Shown: positions 28,995 through 44,590, counted from the first letter of the stretch. The stretch: 64,000 bases of DNA from Eledone cirrhosa (GCA_964016885.1 OZ024748.1:5456001-5520000); one strand, 5' to 3'. Numbers and translations are program-made. The notes: a model not told the origin generated them from the sequence alone.

Positions 28995-29736
28995 TGTGTT
29001 TCAGTGTGTTTTGTGTGTGTAAGTTTGTGTGAGTGTTAAGTGTGAATGTGTGTGTGTATGAACACGTACAAAGTGAGTCATAAGGTGGATTACACGAGTT
29101 AACCTACGACGTGTACAAACATACACATATACACATATGCACCCACACATACACATACACATACACATATGCACACACACATACACATATAATATTAATA
29201 GAAATAACAATATTAATAATTTACTCACATCTAACGTGAGGGCGGGTTCATTGACACAATTATTTTTATGTATCCTATCATAACTCACATTTCAATATAT
29301 ATATATATATATAGTCATACATATTTACACACACACACACACACATACACACACACACACACACACAACATATACATATATATTTGTCTGCTTGCCTGTA
29401 TGTATGTAAATATGTATGTATGTGAGTGTATCCATGTGTGTATATGTGTGTATATGTGTGTATATGTATATGCATATTGCCAAGTCATATTTACATACAG
29501 CTATTTATATGTTTAAATACTTACGATGATCCAGCTTTGAACAAAGGATATATATTTTGTGTATTTTTAATCAAGTGTATTTATAAAGAGAAGGACGCTT
29601 TAAAGTAAATTCCCCATCCATTATATATGTCTCTCTATATGTATAAACGTTCTTTATCCTCCCACAAATATATTTTATTGTCATTTCATATCTCGATTCT
29701 CAATGAATGTCTCTGCTATATGGGCACACACACACC

Positions 29737-29806
<70 letters not shown>

Positions 29807-29820
29807 TATATATATATATA

Positions 29821-30022
29821 TCATTTACTTTGTTTGACCTGTTTAGCTTGACTTGTTTTTTGGCTTCGGTGGTTTAATGCCTTCTTGACCACTTTTCAGT
29901 TTGTATGGCGTTTTAACATATTGTTTAGCTCTAGTTTTTCTTAACTATTGGAGCGGTTGCCAGCATTTCTACCATTTTGCGTTTCGTTTCGCTTTTTCTA
30001 CCAGCCGAAATACGATTCACGC

Positions 30023-30027
<5 letters not shown>
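29821..30027. mobile_element. Family L (TA)n-embedded insert
   Basis: Its end (TGCGTTTCG...CAGCCGAAATACGATTCACGCTGAA) is shared with 47246-47352; both lie between TA tracts. Confidence 0.6.
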
Positions 30028-30105
<78 letters not shown>

Positions 30106-30181
30106 TCCACTACCCGGAATACCATAACCCATAACTGGACTACACCTAAGTGGACTGCATTTAACTATTATTTGTTACCCC

Positions 30182-30270
<89 letters not shown>

Positions 30271-30272
30271 TT

Positions 30273-30591
<319 letters not shown>

Positions 30592-30775
30592 GGACAGTGA
30601 GAGAATAGAAATTGAAAAAATATAATAACCTGGTACTTTCCCACTCCATACTCAATTAAAGTCAGAACAAATGTAGGTTAGAGATCCTTACACACTCCAC
30701 CACAAGATAAGTACAGTAAGTTTTTCAATCACAATTTTGTGAGGATATCCAAATCTTTCCCAACTTCATTATTCA

Positions 30776-30953
30776 GGCAGTATCGGTAGAGAGTCGGACG
30801 CCATGCTTTCCAGCATAGTTACGTCCCTTTAAGGTCTGAGTTCAAATCCCGCCGAGGTTAACTTTGCCTTTCATCCTTACGGGGTCGATAAAATAAAGTA
30901 CCAGTAATGTACTGGGTAATTGATGGCCTTGTGCCTAAAGTAGAAACAATTAT
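30776..30953 (+). mobile_element. SINE S1
   Basis: S1 domains; a few 5' bases missing. Confidence 0.92.
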
Positions 30954-31673
30954 TCAATAGGTTACAACTTTGATGGATCTATCCAGATTCTTTACGTTCG
31001 TAGCTCAAATCCGGACACGGTCAAATAGCCTTCCGTCTTTCTCGGCAGCGGTTGACGAAATAAATACAAGTTATATAATGAGGTTATATAACCGACTGAG
31101 TCTTTCCCTCAAACTTATAGCCATTTGCTAATATAAGAAATCGTTATTCGATATGTCCTTAATATATAAAGAGGGAGATTTGTTTGTTGTTTCTAAGCGG
31201 TTGAAAGGAGCCTGTGAGAATGTGTTAATGCGTATGTATATGTATGCTTATGAGTAAATGCCTGCGTATGTGTATGCGAGCGTGTCGATGTGTGTATATG
31301 TGTGTATGTTTGTTTGTGTTGCATAGGACAATAATTACACTTAGAGACATATTGAGTTGGCTAAATTATGCACAGAATAATGTGTATATATGTGTACGAG
31401 TATATATGTACATTTTATGCAAGCATTATATTTCATTAACACGCATATACACACACATATAGGCATACACAAAACACACACGTACTCGCTAATTCTGTCA
31501 TAACCTCAAGTATATATTATACACATATTCATATCTTATCTATCTATCTATCTATCTATCACTAACCCCCCCTCTCTCTCTCTATTTCTCTCTCTCCCTA
31601 TATATATATATATATATATGTATATAATCTGTTTATGTGTATCTATCAACGCCAATCTTATGTATATATATTT

Positions 31674-31736
<63 letters not shown>

Positions 31737-32338
31737 TCATACATACATGCAATGTGTGTGTGTGTACACACATCTGTTTCTGTGTATATATGAAAGCTAA
31801 TCATGATAATGTCTCTTTACTCTTATCCTCCCCTTCTTCCTCATTTCTCTCCCTATCTCTCTTGCGTTTTCTCTCTTACACTTTCTTTCACTCAATCTCT
31901 CTCCCTCTCTACCTCTCTCTCTCTCTTTCTCTCTTTTCATCTCCCTCCCTCTCTACCCCTCTCTTTCTCTCTCTCTCTCTCCCTCTCCCTCTTTCTCTCT
32001 CTCTGTTTAACTCTCTACTCTTTCTCTCTCTCTCTCTCTCTGTTTAGCTCTCTTCTTTTTCTCTCAACAATCTCACCCCCTCCCGTTCCACAATCCATCC
32101 CTTTGTCCTCCCCAACCACCCCTGTCACACCCCTATCCGCATGTTAATCATATTCCCTCGATGGCGTGTCGAACTGACTGGCTTTTATGATGTGACGCTC
32201 CATTGCATCCGAAGTGACAAAGCAAGAACGCCGACCACTTCTGCCGTGTGAATAGCAGACAAAACGACTATTGGACCTTTGTGTGTGCTGATCTTAATAG
32301 ATTTTGTCCGAATATGTCCAGGGATAGAGAAATAGATA

Positions 32339-32419
<81 letters not shown>

Positions 32420-32957
32420 CATAAGAGAAAAATATAGGAATGAATGAGAGAGAAAAAAAGAAATATTTGCATGAGATATCATATCTTTATATTAGTAGAA
32501 ATATATTTTTCTATATATGTATGTTCTCTCTTTCTCTTTTAATTTTAAGTCTATTTTTGACAGGCCACCTTCACGGTGGCAAGGTTGTAAAGAAAAGAAA
32601 GTAACTTCGTCTCTTGTGTAAGCCTTCATTCGTTCAATCGTAAGAACGTTTTACAAATTTTGAAGGTTCAAGATATCGCGGCCATTTGTAGATTATGAAT
32701 TAAGGAGATACGTTCTTCCTTCACCAATCCAATCTCGTTCATACTTTGGTCCTGGCGGGTTGGTGTATAACCTGTAGCTCTAATAAAACTGGACATAGTT
32801 TTGTTGGGAGTTGTAGCTTAGCCCGTGATCAAATAGGATTTTGCTTGATGAGTTCCTGCAAAATATTCCATCTCTAACCCTGGCAATCTTTAATTTGGGT
32901 GTTGCAATGTAAGCCCAGATTAAATATGATGAAGATTGAAACAGACATGAAAATAAT

Positions 32958-33175
32958 GGTTTCTTATTTAGGCACAATGCCAGCAATATTTGGGGAGAGG
33001 AAAGTCGATTAAATCGATCCCAGTGCGTGATTGGTACTTTATTTTATCGATCCCGTAAGGATGAAAGGCAAAGTTAACCTCGGCGGGATTTGAACTCAGA
33101 TCATAAAGGGCCGTAACTCTATGCTGCAAAGCATGGCGTCCGACACTCTACCGATACTGCAAATCCACCACCCCC
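32958..33175 (-). mobile_element. SINE S1, long-tail subtype, with TSD
   Basis: TSD TGAAAATAAT at 32948-32957 and 33176-33185. Confidence 0.95.
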
Positions 33176-33229
33176 TGAAAATAATCCCAGAGAGATCCTC
33201 CCGATTTTTTGTCAAATGTTGCAGCATAA

Positions 33230-33500
33230 TCCCAGATCAACTCGGAGCTTGAGACGGCCATGAAAACCATTCCAACCAGGACCCTCACGACCTCCAGTTA
33301 TGGGTTGTAGCCCTAAACCTAAATCAACCCAGATTGAACATAATTATATCCTGCGAAGCATTCTAGCCAAGACCTTTGTGATTTTTGTAAATGTGCAGAT
33401 AAACTGGTATAACGAACGTGTTTGTTTTTGAGATAGAATGGTGGTATGGGAGGAAATAGGCTGCGATTTCTAGCAGGCCTAGTGCTAGCTTAAAACGTTC
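33230..33500 (+). repeat. Old dispersed repeat of unknown class
   Basis: Motifs CATTCCAACC.GACC and GGAAATAGGCTGCGATTTCTAGCAGG recur in decayed form at about 7000-7310, 13050 (reverse), 15790-16010 and 42170-42300. Confidence 0.5.
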
Positions 33501-33772
33501 CATCACTTATTCATCCATCCAGTACTTCATCACTCATTTTCTTTCTTTCTTTATTTATTTATATATTGATATTCTTTCTTTCCTTCTTTCTTTCCTCCTT
33601 CCTTTCTCCCAATACTAATTATATATTTTCTCTTAGCCCCCCCCCCTCCTAATCTTCTCTACTTTTTTCTTTTTTCTTTTTTCTTTTTACCATTTTTTTT
33701 TCATTATTCATATTTTCTGTGTTCCTTGGTCTTTCACATATATATAATATATAGATATATATAGATATATAC

Positions 33773-33845
<73 letters not shown>

Positions 33846-33916
33846 TATATACAATATATTAATATATATATATGTATATATATATGTATATCTATATATA
33901 TATATATATTAATAAT

Positions 33917-33986
<70 letters not shown>

Positions 33987-34126
33987 TATACATAGATATA
34001 TACATATATATATATTAATATATTGTATATATATTTATATATATATTTATATAATTAATATATATATATATATATATATAAATAATTATATACATATATG
34101 TATATATAAATATATATATATAAATG

Positions 34127-34202
<76 letters not shown>

Positions 34203-34379
34203 CTGCTTCTTTTTCTCTAGTATTTACCAATTTTTCGTTGTATTACTTCATAAGTCTGCTTCTCTCTTTCATCTTCCTTCTGTTGTTGTTGTTGTTGGTG
34301 GTGGTTTTTTGTTGTTGTTTTTGCTCAACTTTGCGCTGGCTGTTATTGATGTTGTAGTTGTTGTTGTGGTTATTTCTGC

Positions 34380-34925
34380 TGCTGATGCTGATGATGATAG
34401 TGATGATGAGGGCGACGGCGATGACGATAATGATGATAGCAAGGACGATGATGATGATGATGGTGACGATCATACCGACGATGATGATGTAAATGATGAT
34501 GGTGATGATGATGATGTAGATGATGATGGTGATGATGGTGATGATGGTGACGTAGATGATGATGGTGATGATGATGACGTAGATGATGATGGTGATGATG
34601 ATGATGACAACGACGACAATAATGATGACAGCCAGGACGATGATGATGATGGCGAGCAAGGCGGTAACAACGACCACACCAACGGTGAAGATGATGATGA
34701 TGATGGTGATGATGATGTTGATGATGATGGTGATGATGATGGTGATGATGGTGATGATGATGGTGGTGATGATGGTAGTGATGATGGTGGTGATGATGTT
34801 GATGATGATGGTGGTGATGATGATGATGATGATGATGATGGTGATGATGGTGGTGATGATGGTGGTGATGATGGTGGTGATGATGGTGATGATGATGGTG
34901 GTGATGATGGTGATGGTGATGATGG
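34380..34925. repeat. (GAT/GGT)n compound microsatellite
   Basis: Direct inspection. Confidence 0.93.
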
Positions 34926-35071
34926 CGTTTCCTCCCTCACTCTCTAAAACAAGTGAAATGGCGAAAATCGAGCGAATTCCGAGCTGGATTGTGGGACCTT
35001 AAGATAAGGTGATTTCTTTTAAGACAGACGGATGGTGTGGGTGGAGGGGGGTGCTTCCTTGAGGCATTTCT

Positions 35072-35118
<47 letters not shown>

Positions 35119-35315
35119 GGTAGAGGAAGGGGAGAGCGGGGTGCGGGATGTCATTCGTTGAAATGATATTGATGTTGTGGTGGATGTGGTAGCTGTAGTG
35201 GTAGTGGTATGTAGGTGGCAGTGTTGGTGTGTACGAGTGGTGTGTGTGCGTGCGTGTGTGTGTGTGTGTGCGTGTGCGTGTGTTTTGTTTTAGGTGTTCT
35301 GGATGATGTTGGGGG

Positions 35316-38300
35316 TGGTGTTGGTGGTGTTGGTGTGATAGTGGTGTTGGTGGTGTTGGTGTGATAGTGGTGTTGGTGGTGTTGGTGTGATAGTGGTGTG
35401 ATAGTGGTGTTGGTGGGATTGGTGTGATAGTGGTGTTGGTGGTGTTGGTGTGATAGTGGTGTTGGTGGGATTGGTGTGATAGTGGTGTTGGTGGTGTTGG
35501 TGTGATAGTGGTGTTGGTGGTGTTGGTGTGATAGTGGTGTTGGTAGTATTGGTGTGATAGTGGTGTTGGTGGTGTTGGTGTGATAGTGGTGTTGGTGGTG
35601 TTGGTGTGATAGTGGTGTTGGTGGTGTTGGTGTGATAGTGGTGTTGGTGGTGTTGGTGTGATAGTGGTGTTGGTAGTATTGGTGTGATAGTGGTGTTGGT
35701 GGTGTTGGTGTGATAGTGGTGTTGGTGGTGTTGGTGTGATAGTGGTGTTGGTGGTGTTGGTGTGATAGTGGTGTTGGTGGTGTTGGTGTGATAGTGGTGT
35801 TGGTGGTGTTGGTGTGATAGTGGTGTTGGTGGTGTTGGTGTGATAGTGGTGTTGGTGGTGTTGGTGTGATAGTGGTGTTGGTGGTGTTGGTGTGATAGTG
35901 GTGTTGGTGGTGTTGGTGGTGTTGGTGTGATAGTGGTGTTGGTGGTGTTGGTGTGATAGTGGTGTTGGTGGTGTTGGTGGTGTTGGTGTGATAGTGGTGT
36001 TGGTGGTGTTGGTGTGATAGTGGTGTGATAGTGGTGTTGGTGGTGTTGGTGTGATAGTGGTGTTGGTGGTGTTGGTGTGATAGTGGTGTTGGTGGTGTTG
36101 GTGTGATAGTGGTGTTGGTGGTGTTGGTGTGATAGTGGTGTTGGTGGTGTTGGTGTGATAGTGGTGTTGGTGGTGTTGGTGTGATAGTGGTGTTGGTGGT
36201 GTTGGTGTGATAGTGGTGTTGGTAGTATTGGTGTGATAGTGGTGTTGGTGGTGTTGGTGTGATAGTGGTGTTGGTAGTATTGGTGTGATAGTGGTGTTGG
36301 TGGTGTTGGTGTGATAGTGGTGTTGGTGGTGTTGGTGTGATAGTGGTGTTGGTGGTGTTGGTGTGATAGTGGTGTGATAGTGGTGTTGGTGGGATTGGTG
36401 TGATAGTGGTGTTGGTGGTGTTGGTGTGATAGTGGTGTTGGTGGTGTTGGTGTGATAGTGGTGTTGGTGGTGTTGGTGTGATAGTGGTGTTGGTAGTATT
36501 GGTGTGATAGTGGTGTTGGTGTGATAGTGGTGTTGGTGGTGTTGGTGTGATAGTGGTGTTGGTGGTGTTGGTGTGATAGTGGTGTGATAGTGGTGTTGGT
36601 GGTGTTGGTGTGATAGTGGTGTTGGTAGTATTGGTGTGATAGTGGTGTTGGTGTGATAGTGGTGTTGGTGGTGTTGGTGTGATAGTGGTGTTGGTGGTGT
36701 TGGTGCGATAGTGCTGTTGGTGGTGTTGGTGTGATAGTGGTGTTGGTAGTATTGGTGTGATAGTGGTGTTGGTGGTGTTGGTGTGATAGTGGTGTTGGTG
36801 GTGTTGGTGTGATAGTGGTGTTGGTAGTATTGGTGTGATAGTGGTGTTGGTGGTGTTGGTGTGATAGTGGTGTTGGTGGTGTTGGTGTGATAGTGGTGTT
36901 GGTGGTGTTGGTGTGATAGTGGTGTGATAGTGGTGTTGGTGGGATTGGTGTGATAGTGGTGTTGGTGGTGTTGGTGTGATAGTGGTGTTGGTGGGATTGG
37001 TGTGATAGTGGTGTTGGTGGTGTTGGTGTGATAGTGGTGTTGGTGGTGTTGGTGTGATAGTGGTGTGATAGTGGTGTTGGTGGTGTTGGTGTGATAGTGG
37101 TGTTGGTAGTATTGGTGTGATAGTGGTGTTGGTGTGATAGTGGTGTTGGTGGTGTTGGTGTGATAGTGGTGTTGGTGGTGTTGGTGCGATAGTGCTGTTG
37201 GTGGTGTTGGTGTGATAGTGGTGTTGGTAGTATTGGTGTGATAGTGGTGTTGGTGGTGTTGGTGTGATAGTGGTGTTGGTGGTGTTGGTGTGATAGTGGT
37301 GTTGGTAGTATTGGTGTGATAGTGGTGTTGGTGGTGTTGGTGTGATAGTGGTGTTGGTGGTGTTGGTGTGATAGTGGTGTTGGTGGTGTTGGTGTGATAG
37401 TGGTGTGATAGTGGTGTTGGTGGGATTGGTGTGATAGTGGTGTTGGTGGTGTTGGTGTGATAGTGGTGTTGGTGGGATTGGTGTGATAGTGGTGTTGGTG
37501 GTGTTGGTGTGATAGTGGTGTTGGTGGTGTTGGTGTGATAGTGGTGTGATAGTGGTGTTGGTGGTGTTGGTGTGATAGTGGTGTTGGTAGTATTGGTGTG
37601 ATAGTGGTGTTGGTGTGATAGTGGTGTTGGTGGTGTTGGTGTGATAGTGGTGTTGGTGGTGTTGGTGCGATAGTGCTGTTGGTGGTGTTGGTGTGATAGT
37701 GGTGTTGGTAGTATTGGTGTGATAGTGGTGTTGGTGGTGTTGGTGTGATAGTGGTGTTGGTGGTGTTGGTGTGATAGTGGTGTTGGTAGTATTGGTGTGA
37801 TAGTGGTGTTGGTGGTGTTGGTGTGATAGTGGTGTTGGTGGTGTTGGTGTGATAGTGGTGTTGGTGGTGTTGGTGTGATAGTGGTGTTGGTGGTGTTGGT
37901 GTGATAGTGGTGTTGGTGGTGTTGGTGTGATAGTGGTGTTGGTAGTATTGGTGTGATAGTGGTGTTGGTGGTGTTGGTGTGATAGTGGTGTTGGTGGTGT
38001 TGGTGGTGTTGGTGTGATAGTGGTGTTGGTAGTATTGGTGTGATAGTGGTGTTGGTGGTGTTGGTGTGATAGTGGTGTTGGTGGTGTTGGTGTGATAGTG
38101 GTGTTGGTGGTGTTGGTGTGATAGTGGTGTTGGTGGTGTTGGTGTGATAGTGGTGTTGGTGGTGTTGGTGTGATAGTGGTGTTGGTGTGATAGTGGTGTT
38201 GGTGGTATTGGTGTGATAGTGGTGTTGGTGGTGTTGGTGTGCTAGTGGTGTGATAGTGGTGTTGGTAGTGTTGGTGTGATAATGGTGTTGGTGGTGTTGG

Positions 38301-38530
38301 TGTGATAGCGGTGTTGGTGGTATTGGTGTGATAGTGGTGTTGGTGGTGTTGGTGTGATAGTGGTGTTGGTGTGATAGCGGTGTTGGTGGTATTGGTGTGA
38401 TAGTGGTGTTGGTGGTGTTGGTGTGATAGTGGTGTTGGTGTGATAGCGGTGTTGGTGGTATTGGTGTGATAGTGGTGTTGGTGGTGTTGGTGTGATAGTG
38501 GTGTGATAGTGGTGTTGGTGGTGTTGGTGT
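35316..38530. repeat. 26-bp minisatellite array (GTGTGATAGTGGTGTTGGTGGTGTTG), about 3.2 kb, with a 481-bp higher-order period
   Basis: Unit read directly; the diagnostic variant GTGCGATAGTGCTG has its first C at 36706, 37187 and 37668. Confidence 0.97.
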
Positions 38531-38914
38531 TAGCATGGTCAGAGTTGTATGGTTATTATGATAAAGTTGATAGTGATGTTGCTACTGGTGGTGGTGGTGG
38601 TCATGGTGCCACTGCATTCATTGTGATATCTCTGGTGGTAGTTGGCGGGGATAGTGGTTTTCTTCGTTGTGCTGGTGTTGGTAGCAGTAGGGAGAGCAAT
38701 GGTGCCGTTTGATGGCGTTGAGGCTACAGTGGTATGGTAGAGGCGAAGATAATGAGGGTTGTGTTGTGGGAAGAAGTATGAAAAAAAACACAAGATTCAG
38801 CAGAAACAACGCATGGGTCTTTTGACCCCCCACCCCCCATAAAAAAGTGCGTGCTTGTATGTTAAACTATGTGTTGTATATTGTGTGTGACATTGATTGT
38901 CTGTATGTGTATAT

Positions 38915-38951
<37 letters not shown>

Positions 38952-39052
38952 TACACACAAACACAAATACACGCAAGCAGACACACACACACATATATAT
39001 ATGTATATAAATATAAATATATATATATACATATATATATATATATGCATGC

Positions 39053-39084
<32 letters not shown>

Positions 39085-39086
39085 GC

Positions 39087-39117
<31 letters not shown>

Positions 39118-39216
39118 TATATATATATATAATTATATATGAACATATATATGTGTGTGTGTGTGTGTGGGTGATATTATGGTAGGGTAAGCGACTATTT
39201 GAATGAGATTACTCAC

Positions 39217-39502
39217 CCGTTTGCATTCTCCAAGCAATCGGAAAATCAAATATCAACACTTCAACCCCAACCCACGATGACTGCAGTCACCCACACCATC
39301 ACCACCACCACTACCACGACGACCATCACCACCACCACTACCACCACCACCACCACTACCACCACTAACATCACCACCACTATCCCCACCCATACCACCA
39401 TAACAGCCACAACAACTATAACAGCAAAAGAGCCGTCATATAGGTGGTCACACAACCACTAGAAATAACGGTCAGTACTCCATCATACCGAACAGTCCGC
39501 TC
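39217..39502 (-). other. Candidate exon, mostly UTR-like, ending ...ATGCAAACGG
   Basis: Acceptor gtccttctgttttag| at 39503 and consensus-like donor CGG|GTGAGTAA at 39216. Confidence 0.3.
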
Positions 39503-39560
39503 CTAAAACAGAAGGACACGTTTGTCAATAGTAATACTGCTACTCCTGCTGCTGATGCCG

Positions 39561-39635
<75 letters not shown>

Positions 39636-39858
39636 TAAACCACATATCGATCTCAGAATGTGACCTTCACGTTTCCCATTATTTTCATGCACGCCTGCAC
39701 ACACATACACACATACACACACACACACACAGACGCGCACGTATATACACACACATTCAAACTCATACTCTCCCACACACACAAGACATACGTACATAGT
39801 CAAGCAGAAATATATCCCACTATACAAATCATTTGTACGTCAAACACACACACACACA

Positions 39859-39910
<52 letters not shown>

Positions 39911-40035
39911 ATGTGGTACATATACTATTCTTGCTATTGTTATTATGTTATTGTGCACAAACTTCTTTGGTAATACTTCTGAAGAAATGTGACGGTAGAC
40001 AAACTGATCTGCATCTTGTGAAGTATCTTTCGTCT

Positions 40036-40081
<46 letters not shown>

Positions 40082-40291
40082 TATATGTACATATATATGG
40101 TTGCAAAACGTAACGGGCACCAACTCAGCTAACGATATAGTACAATGATGATATATATTAGTTTAACACTCGGTATAGTAGGGAAAGCGCTTTAATGTTA
40201 CATATGCTGGTCCTTCATCAGAAATCAGAATGAAGGAATATACAGGAAGTTAGAGGACAGTGAGTAAAGGAAAACATTAGGGTGAAAAGGC

Positions 40292-40422
<131 letters not shown>

Positions 40423-40536
40423 TGTGTGTTTGTGTGTGTGTGTAGTTACAATTTTCTTACAAACGGAAAATTTACATTTTAAGCATTTAATCACTTTGAG
40501 CTAATATACAGCTAGTAATAGTTATTAATATTACTA

Positions 40537-40570
<34 letters not shown>

Positions 40571-40572
<2 letters not shown>

Positions 40573-40706
40573 GTAGGTCCCGGGTTGAGTCGGGGATAAC
40601 CACAGTAAGTAAGGTACTCAATACATGGCAGAGTAAAATTTTTTTATTTTATAGAAGGAGCTTCTACAGGACTAGTACTGTTTCATTCAGATGAAATCTT
40701 CAGGAT
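40571..40706 (-). mobile_element. Family B insert beginning at a hammerhead core
   Basis: Reverse complement: CCTGAAGA-TTTCATCTGAAT-GAAAC-AGTACT-AGTC-CTGTAG...AATAAA...; homologs at 47086-47230 and 50646-50828. Confidence 0.8.
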
Positions 40707-42581
40707 TTGTGTGTGTGTGTGTGTGTGTGTGTGTTTGTGTTTGTGTGTGTGTGTGTGTGTGTGTAATTGGGTATGTGCTTGTGTACAGTGAACAATGGAA
40801 GATGAAAACAAAACTTAGACGACAGAATATGGTAAAAATTGAGAATATTAATTGAATTTTTGAAATGAGAACAAGTTAAATATAAAATTTCGGTTCAAGA
40901 AAATTGAGTAGGAATATAAATGAGATACGAAAAACAAAACGGAAAAAAATACTGCTACTTATATAGAAGAGGACAGAGCCTTAGCTGAGGCGACGCCCTT
41001 AAACATAGGTATATACTATTCGAGAATAAAATATAACAGCTAAAACAATGAAGACATACAAAATCAAGCAGCAAATATTATAGATTATTGAATATGTAAA
41101 AATCAAAGATCTGGAGAAATTGATAAAAGAATGCGAGGAACGTTAAAATATAGCCTTTGCTTTTGTTTATAAGATTTTTATGCGTTTTGGTTCCATTTTG
41201 GTTTCAGGCCTGATGTTTGGTAGATGATGGATTCTATCGCATTATAGTTACAGTTTCTGATTTTTATCGATCTCCTCTATTCTAGATATGATGAAAGAAT
41301 ATTTCTACCCCCTTGATAAAATTAGAAATAAACAACAACAAAAATTCTCAGTTGATCGAAACAAAATCTTTTGGTCTGGCTCTAAACTGTTTCTTTTACA
41401 ACACTGACCCCTAAAAGAAGAGGGATATAGAGAGAAGAAATACGAGAGAGCGAGAGTGGGAAAGAAAGGGAAAGAAAAATCGATTCAAACTATTGGCTTT
41501 TAGTTTTCATATAAAAGTCCTGTCGCTGTTGGTGGTGATATTATTTAGTTCCTAGTTAGAAGACAAATGTCAACCCAAGGATATAATAGAAGTCACTGGC
41601 TTAATATGCCTGACAGTGGGACTGAACACTAAACCACGTTATTGTAGAGTGAACTCCCTAAACATCCAGCCATGTCTGTTTGTCTAGCAATTTATATTTT
41701 CTTTCTTTTTTTCTGTGGGGTGATGAGAAAAGATACTGTGTAAATGGTTCTGTACACCATTTTTCATAGTGCAATGTAGGCGAGATATACGAGAGAAAAT
41801 TTGATGTGTTCACACCAAGCCCACGTTCACAATTGGGGCTGCATGAATGTTTAATAGTAATTATATAAATACAATATTGGAACCAATTTCCGTTTGTTTC
41901 GACGGCGAGTTTCCCAGTTGTTCGGTCTACGGATCAGCCTGCCTACGAAAGTAACGACATTCTTATTGACATTCTTATTGATATTTATTGTGACATAGTA
42001 TGAGATATGATTTGCCCTTTAAATTAGGTAGAATCCTTCTAACGGATTTTTAAAAAAGTCACCGTCTACCCTATCTCATTCCCATCCATGTCATGGGTCT
42101 ACTTGAGTCAATGTTAAACCACATTTGCTGTAGATTCAACCTCACACATAATTATTTCCAAACGAACTTTGTGACCATTCAGCAATGCTGCTTCCAGAAA
42201 TATAATATTATGACCACATTAAACGTTCATTAAATAACGGATTTAAGCTTGTAATTTTGTGAGTGGGTGGATCTTGCAAATAAATATTTCCAGCAGGTCA
42301 TATTGACTCTATGGAATATGTTTAATCCCAGCCAACTGGAGACATCAACCACCACTTGTTCTCAGTCACAGTGTTTACGATATAATTCTGTACACAGATA
42401 ATAACTGAACTAGATGACAGAGTTTCAATGGACATATATCAAAATGAATTGTTTCTTACGAGCAGCTCAACTGCATGGAGCATGCACATGCTTTACAGAT
42501 AGGGAGACACAGATATGCAATAATACACACCAATATATGTATGTGTGTGTGTGCAACATGTATCGCTAACGAGGGAGCAAT

Positions 42582-42640
<59 letters not shown>

Positions 42641-43128
42641 TTTTTGTGTGTGTGTCATGGCTGTGTACATTTGTATTTCATGCAGGAGCCATATATATCA
42701 CACCAGGCATATTCACCGATTCACCAACTCACCATTAACAGTAGTATACGTAGGCGATATGGCATCACCACAGACAAGGATTTAGACATAAACTATTTAG
42801 AAACGTTTATGAGTCTAGGAAACTCATCTAACTCAAATATTTAATGTGGTTCCCCGGGACATAGAGAGGTTTGTACGGAGGAGGAAATAGTTTGATGTTC
42901 TAGAGAACAAACTCTGCATATCAGCAGTTTGAAAAGAAGTGCATCATCAGCCCCCCATCCTCTCTCTCTCTCTTCCTCTCTCTCTCTCAGTCAATCGGTA
43001 TCTGCCAATAATTAAAATAACATAACACGATTACAAGAAACGGCTCGAACGAATGGGTGAACCAAAATGTCTGCTGTCATATGATTAAAGTCTCAACAGA
43101 TATACTGACACATACACAAATACACACA

Positions 43129-43248
<120 letters not shown>

Positions 43249-43501
43249 CATACGCAAACACATGTATACACATACATACATACACATATGTGAAAATGCT
43301 CTAACACTTCTAAATATATAGAGAACTTAAGGATTCCCACCATATGAGTTTTCTGAGTACATTGGAGGTACACAGTCTGTCCATATTTGATTTGATGCCA
43401 TAGAAATATAGTTAAGGGCAGATTAGAAACTTAAGCCACAAGGAATCCAGACCGACTCTCGAGCAATTCAGCTACCACAAGACCCGGGACTATTATATAT
43501 A

Positions 43502-43932
<431 letters not shown>

Positions 43933-44227
43933 ATATATATATATACATAATTATAATTGAATATAAAATAAAAAACGAACACAGATATATACATATATGA
44001 GTTCAAATCGTAAGGGACCAGATTCGCTAAGGTGAAAAGAGTACTAACTATAGACAATTGGTTTTGCTTGTCTCAATTTAATTGGTAGTTACCACAATTC
44101 CGGTTTGTATTTATTTTCTTGATTTTTTCTTAAATTATATATACACTGTAATAAATATTTGGTAGAAATATCCAAGTGTAAGTGCACTAAGTCCATAGGA
44201 CGAGTTAACTATAATTAGTTACAACAA

Positions 44228-44351
44228 TGATATATACAGATACTTAAGTTTCGTTGAGTTATGCATCCATCTCATTTAGCCTGTTAATAACCTACAGGCT
44301 GGATGAGTTGTGGTGCAGACTCCAACGAAACTTAAGTACCTGTATATGTCA
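44228..44351. mobile_element. Family C imperfect fold-back containing two inverted hammerhead copies
   Basis: ATATACAGATACTTAAGTTTCGTTG...GCCTGT / ACAGGC...CAACGAAACTTAAGTACCTGTATAT. Confidence 0.75.
44293..44344 (+). ncRNA. Putative type-I hammerhead ribozyme with variant core CUGGAUGA
   Basis: Stem I TACAGG/CCTGTA, core CTGGATGA (one extra nt), stem II GTTG/CAAC, GAAAC-TTAA-GTA with palindromic loop III. Confidence 0.65.
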
Positions 44352-44449
44352 ACAGGACCTCTTGACATCTCTTGGACCTGTTATATTTATCTAAAGACAT
44401 TTTTTCCAATTCCAACCCGCCCGTCTCCTCAATCTATCTTATTTCTCAT

Positions 44450-44485
44450 TCTTCTGAGAAGGACTAGCGTCCGAAGCGTTAAGAC
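44450..44485 (+). ncRNA. Degraded minimal hammerhead (family K insert, about 44400-44570)
   Basis: TCTT-CTGAGAA-GGAC tagc GTCC-GAAGCGTT-AAGA; core positions are mutated. Confidence 0.4.
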
Positions 44486-44590
44486 CCACTTCCTACTATA
44501 TCAAGTGTTAACCTAATATATCCCTTCCATATACTGTCCCGATTATGTTGTTATTTGTGTTTACCTTTTACATATATATATATACACATA

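Noticed and set aside
32560-32925. Possible LINE 3' remnant (LLDEFLQNIP)
   Set aside because: One short motif is not enough to classify it without a database search.
34309-34947. Asp-rich ORF resembling acidic shell-matrix proteins
   Set aside because: It is a degenerate (GAT)n tract like others in the window (11550-12010, 18640), with a non-ATG start; not excluded but unsupported.
34937-38536. 1199-aa ORF as a mucin-like or His-rich gene
   Set aside because: It is a by-product of a stop-free 26-bp repeat, with a non-ATG start and frame-cycling translation.
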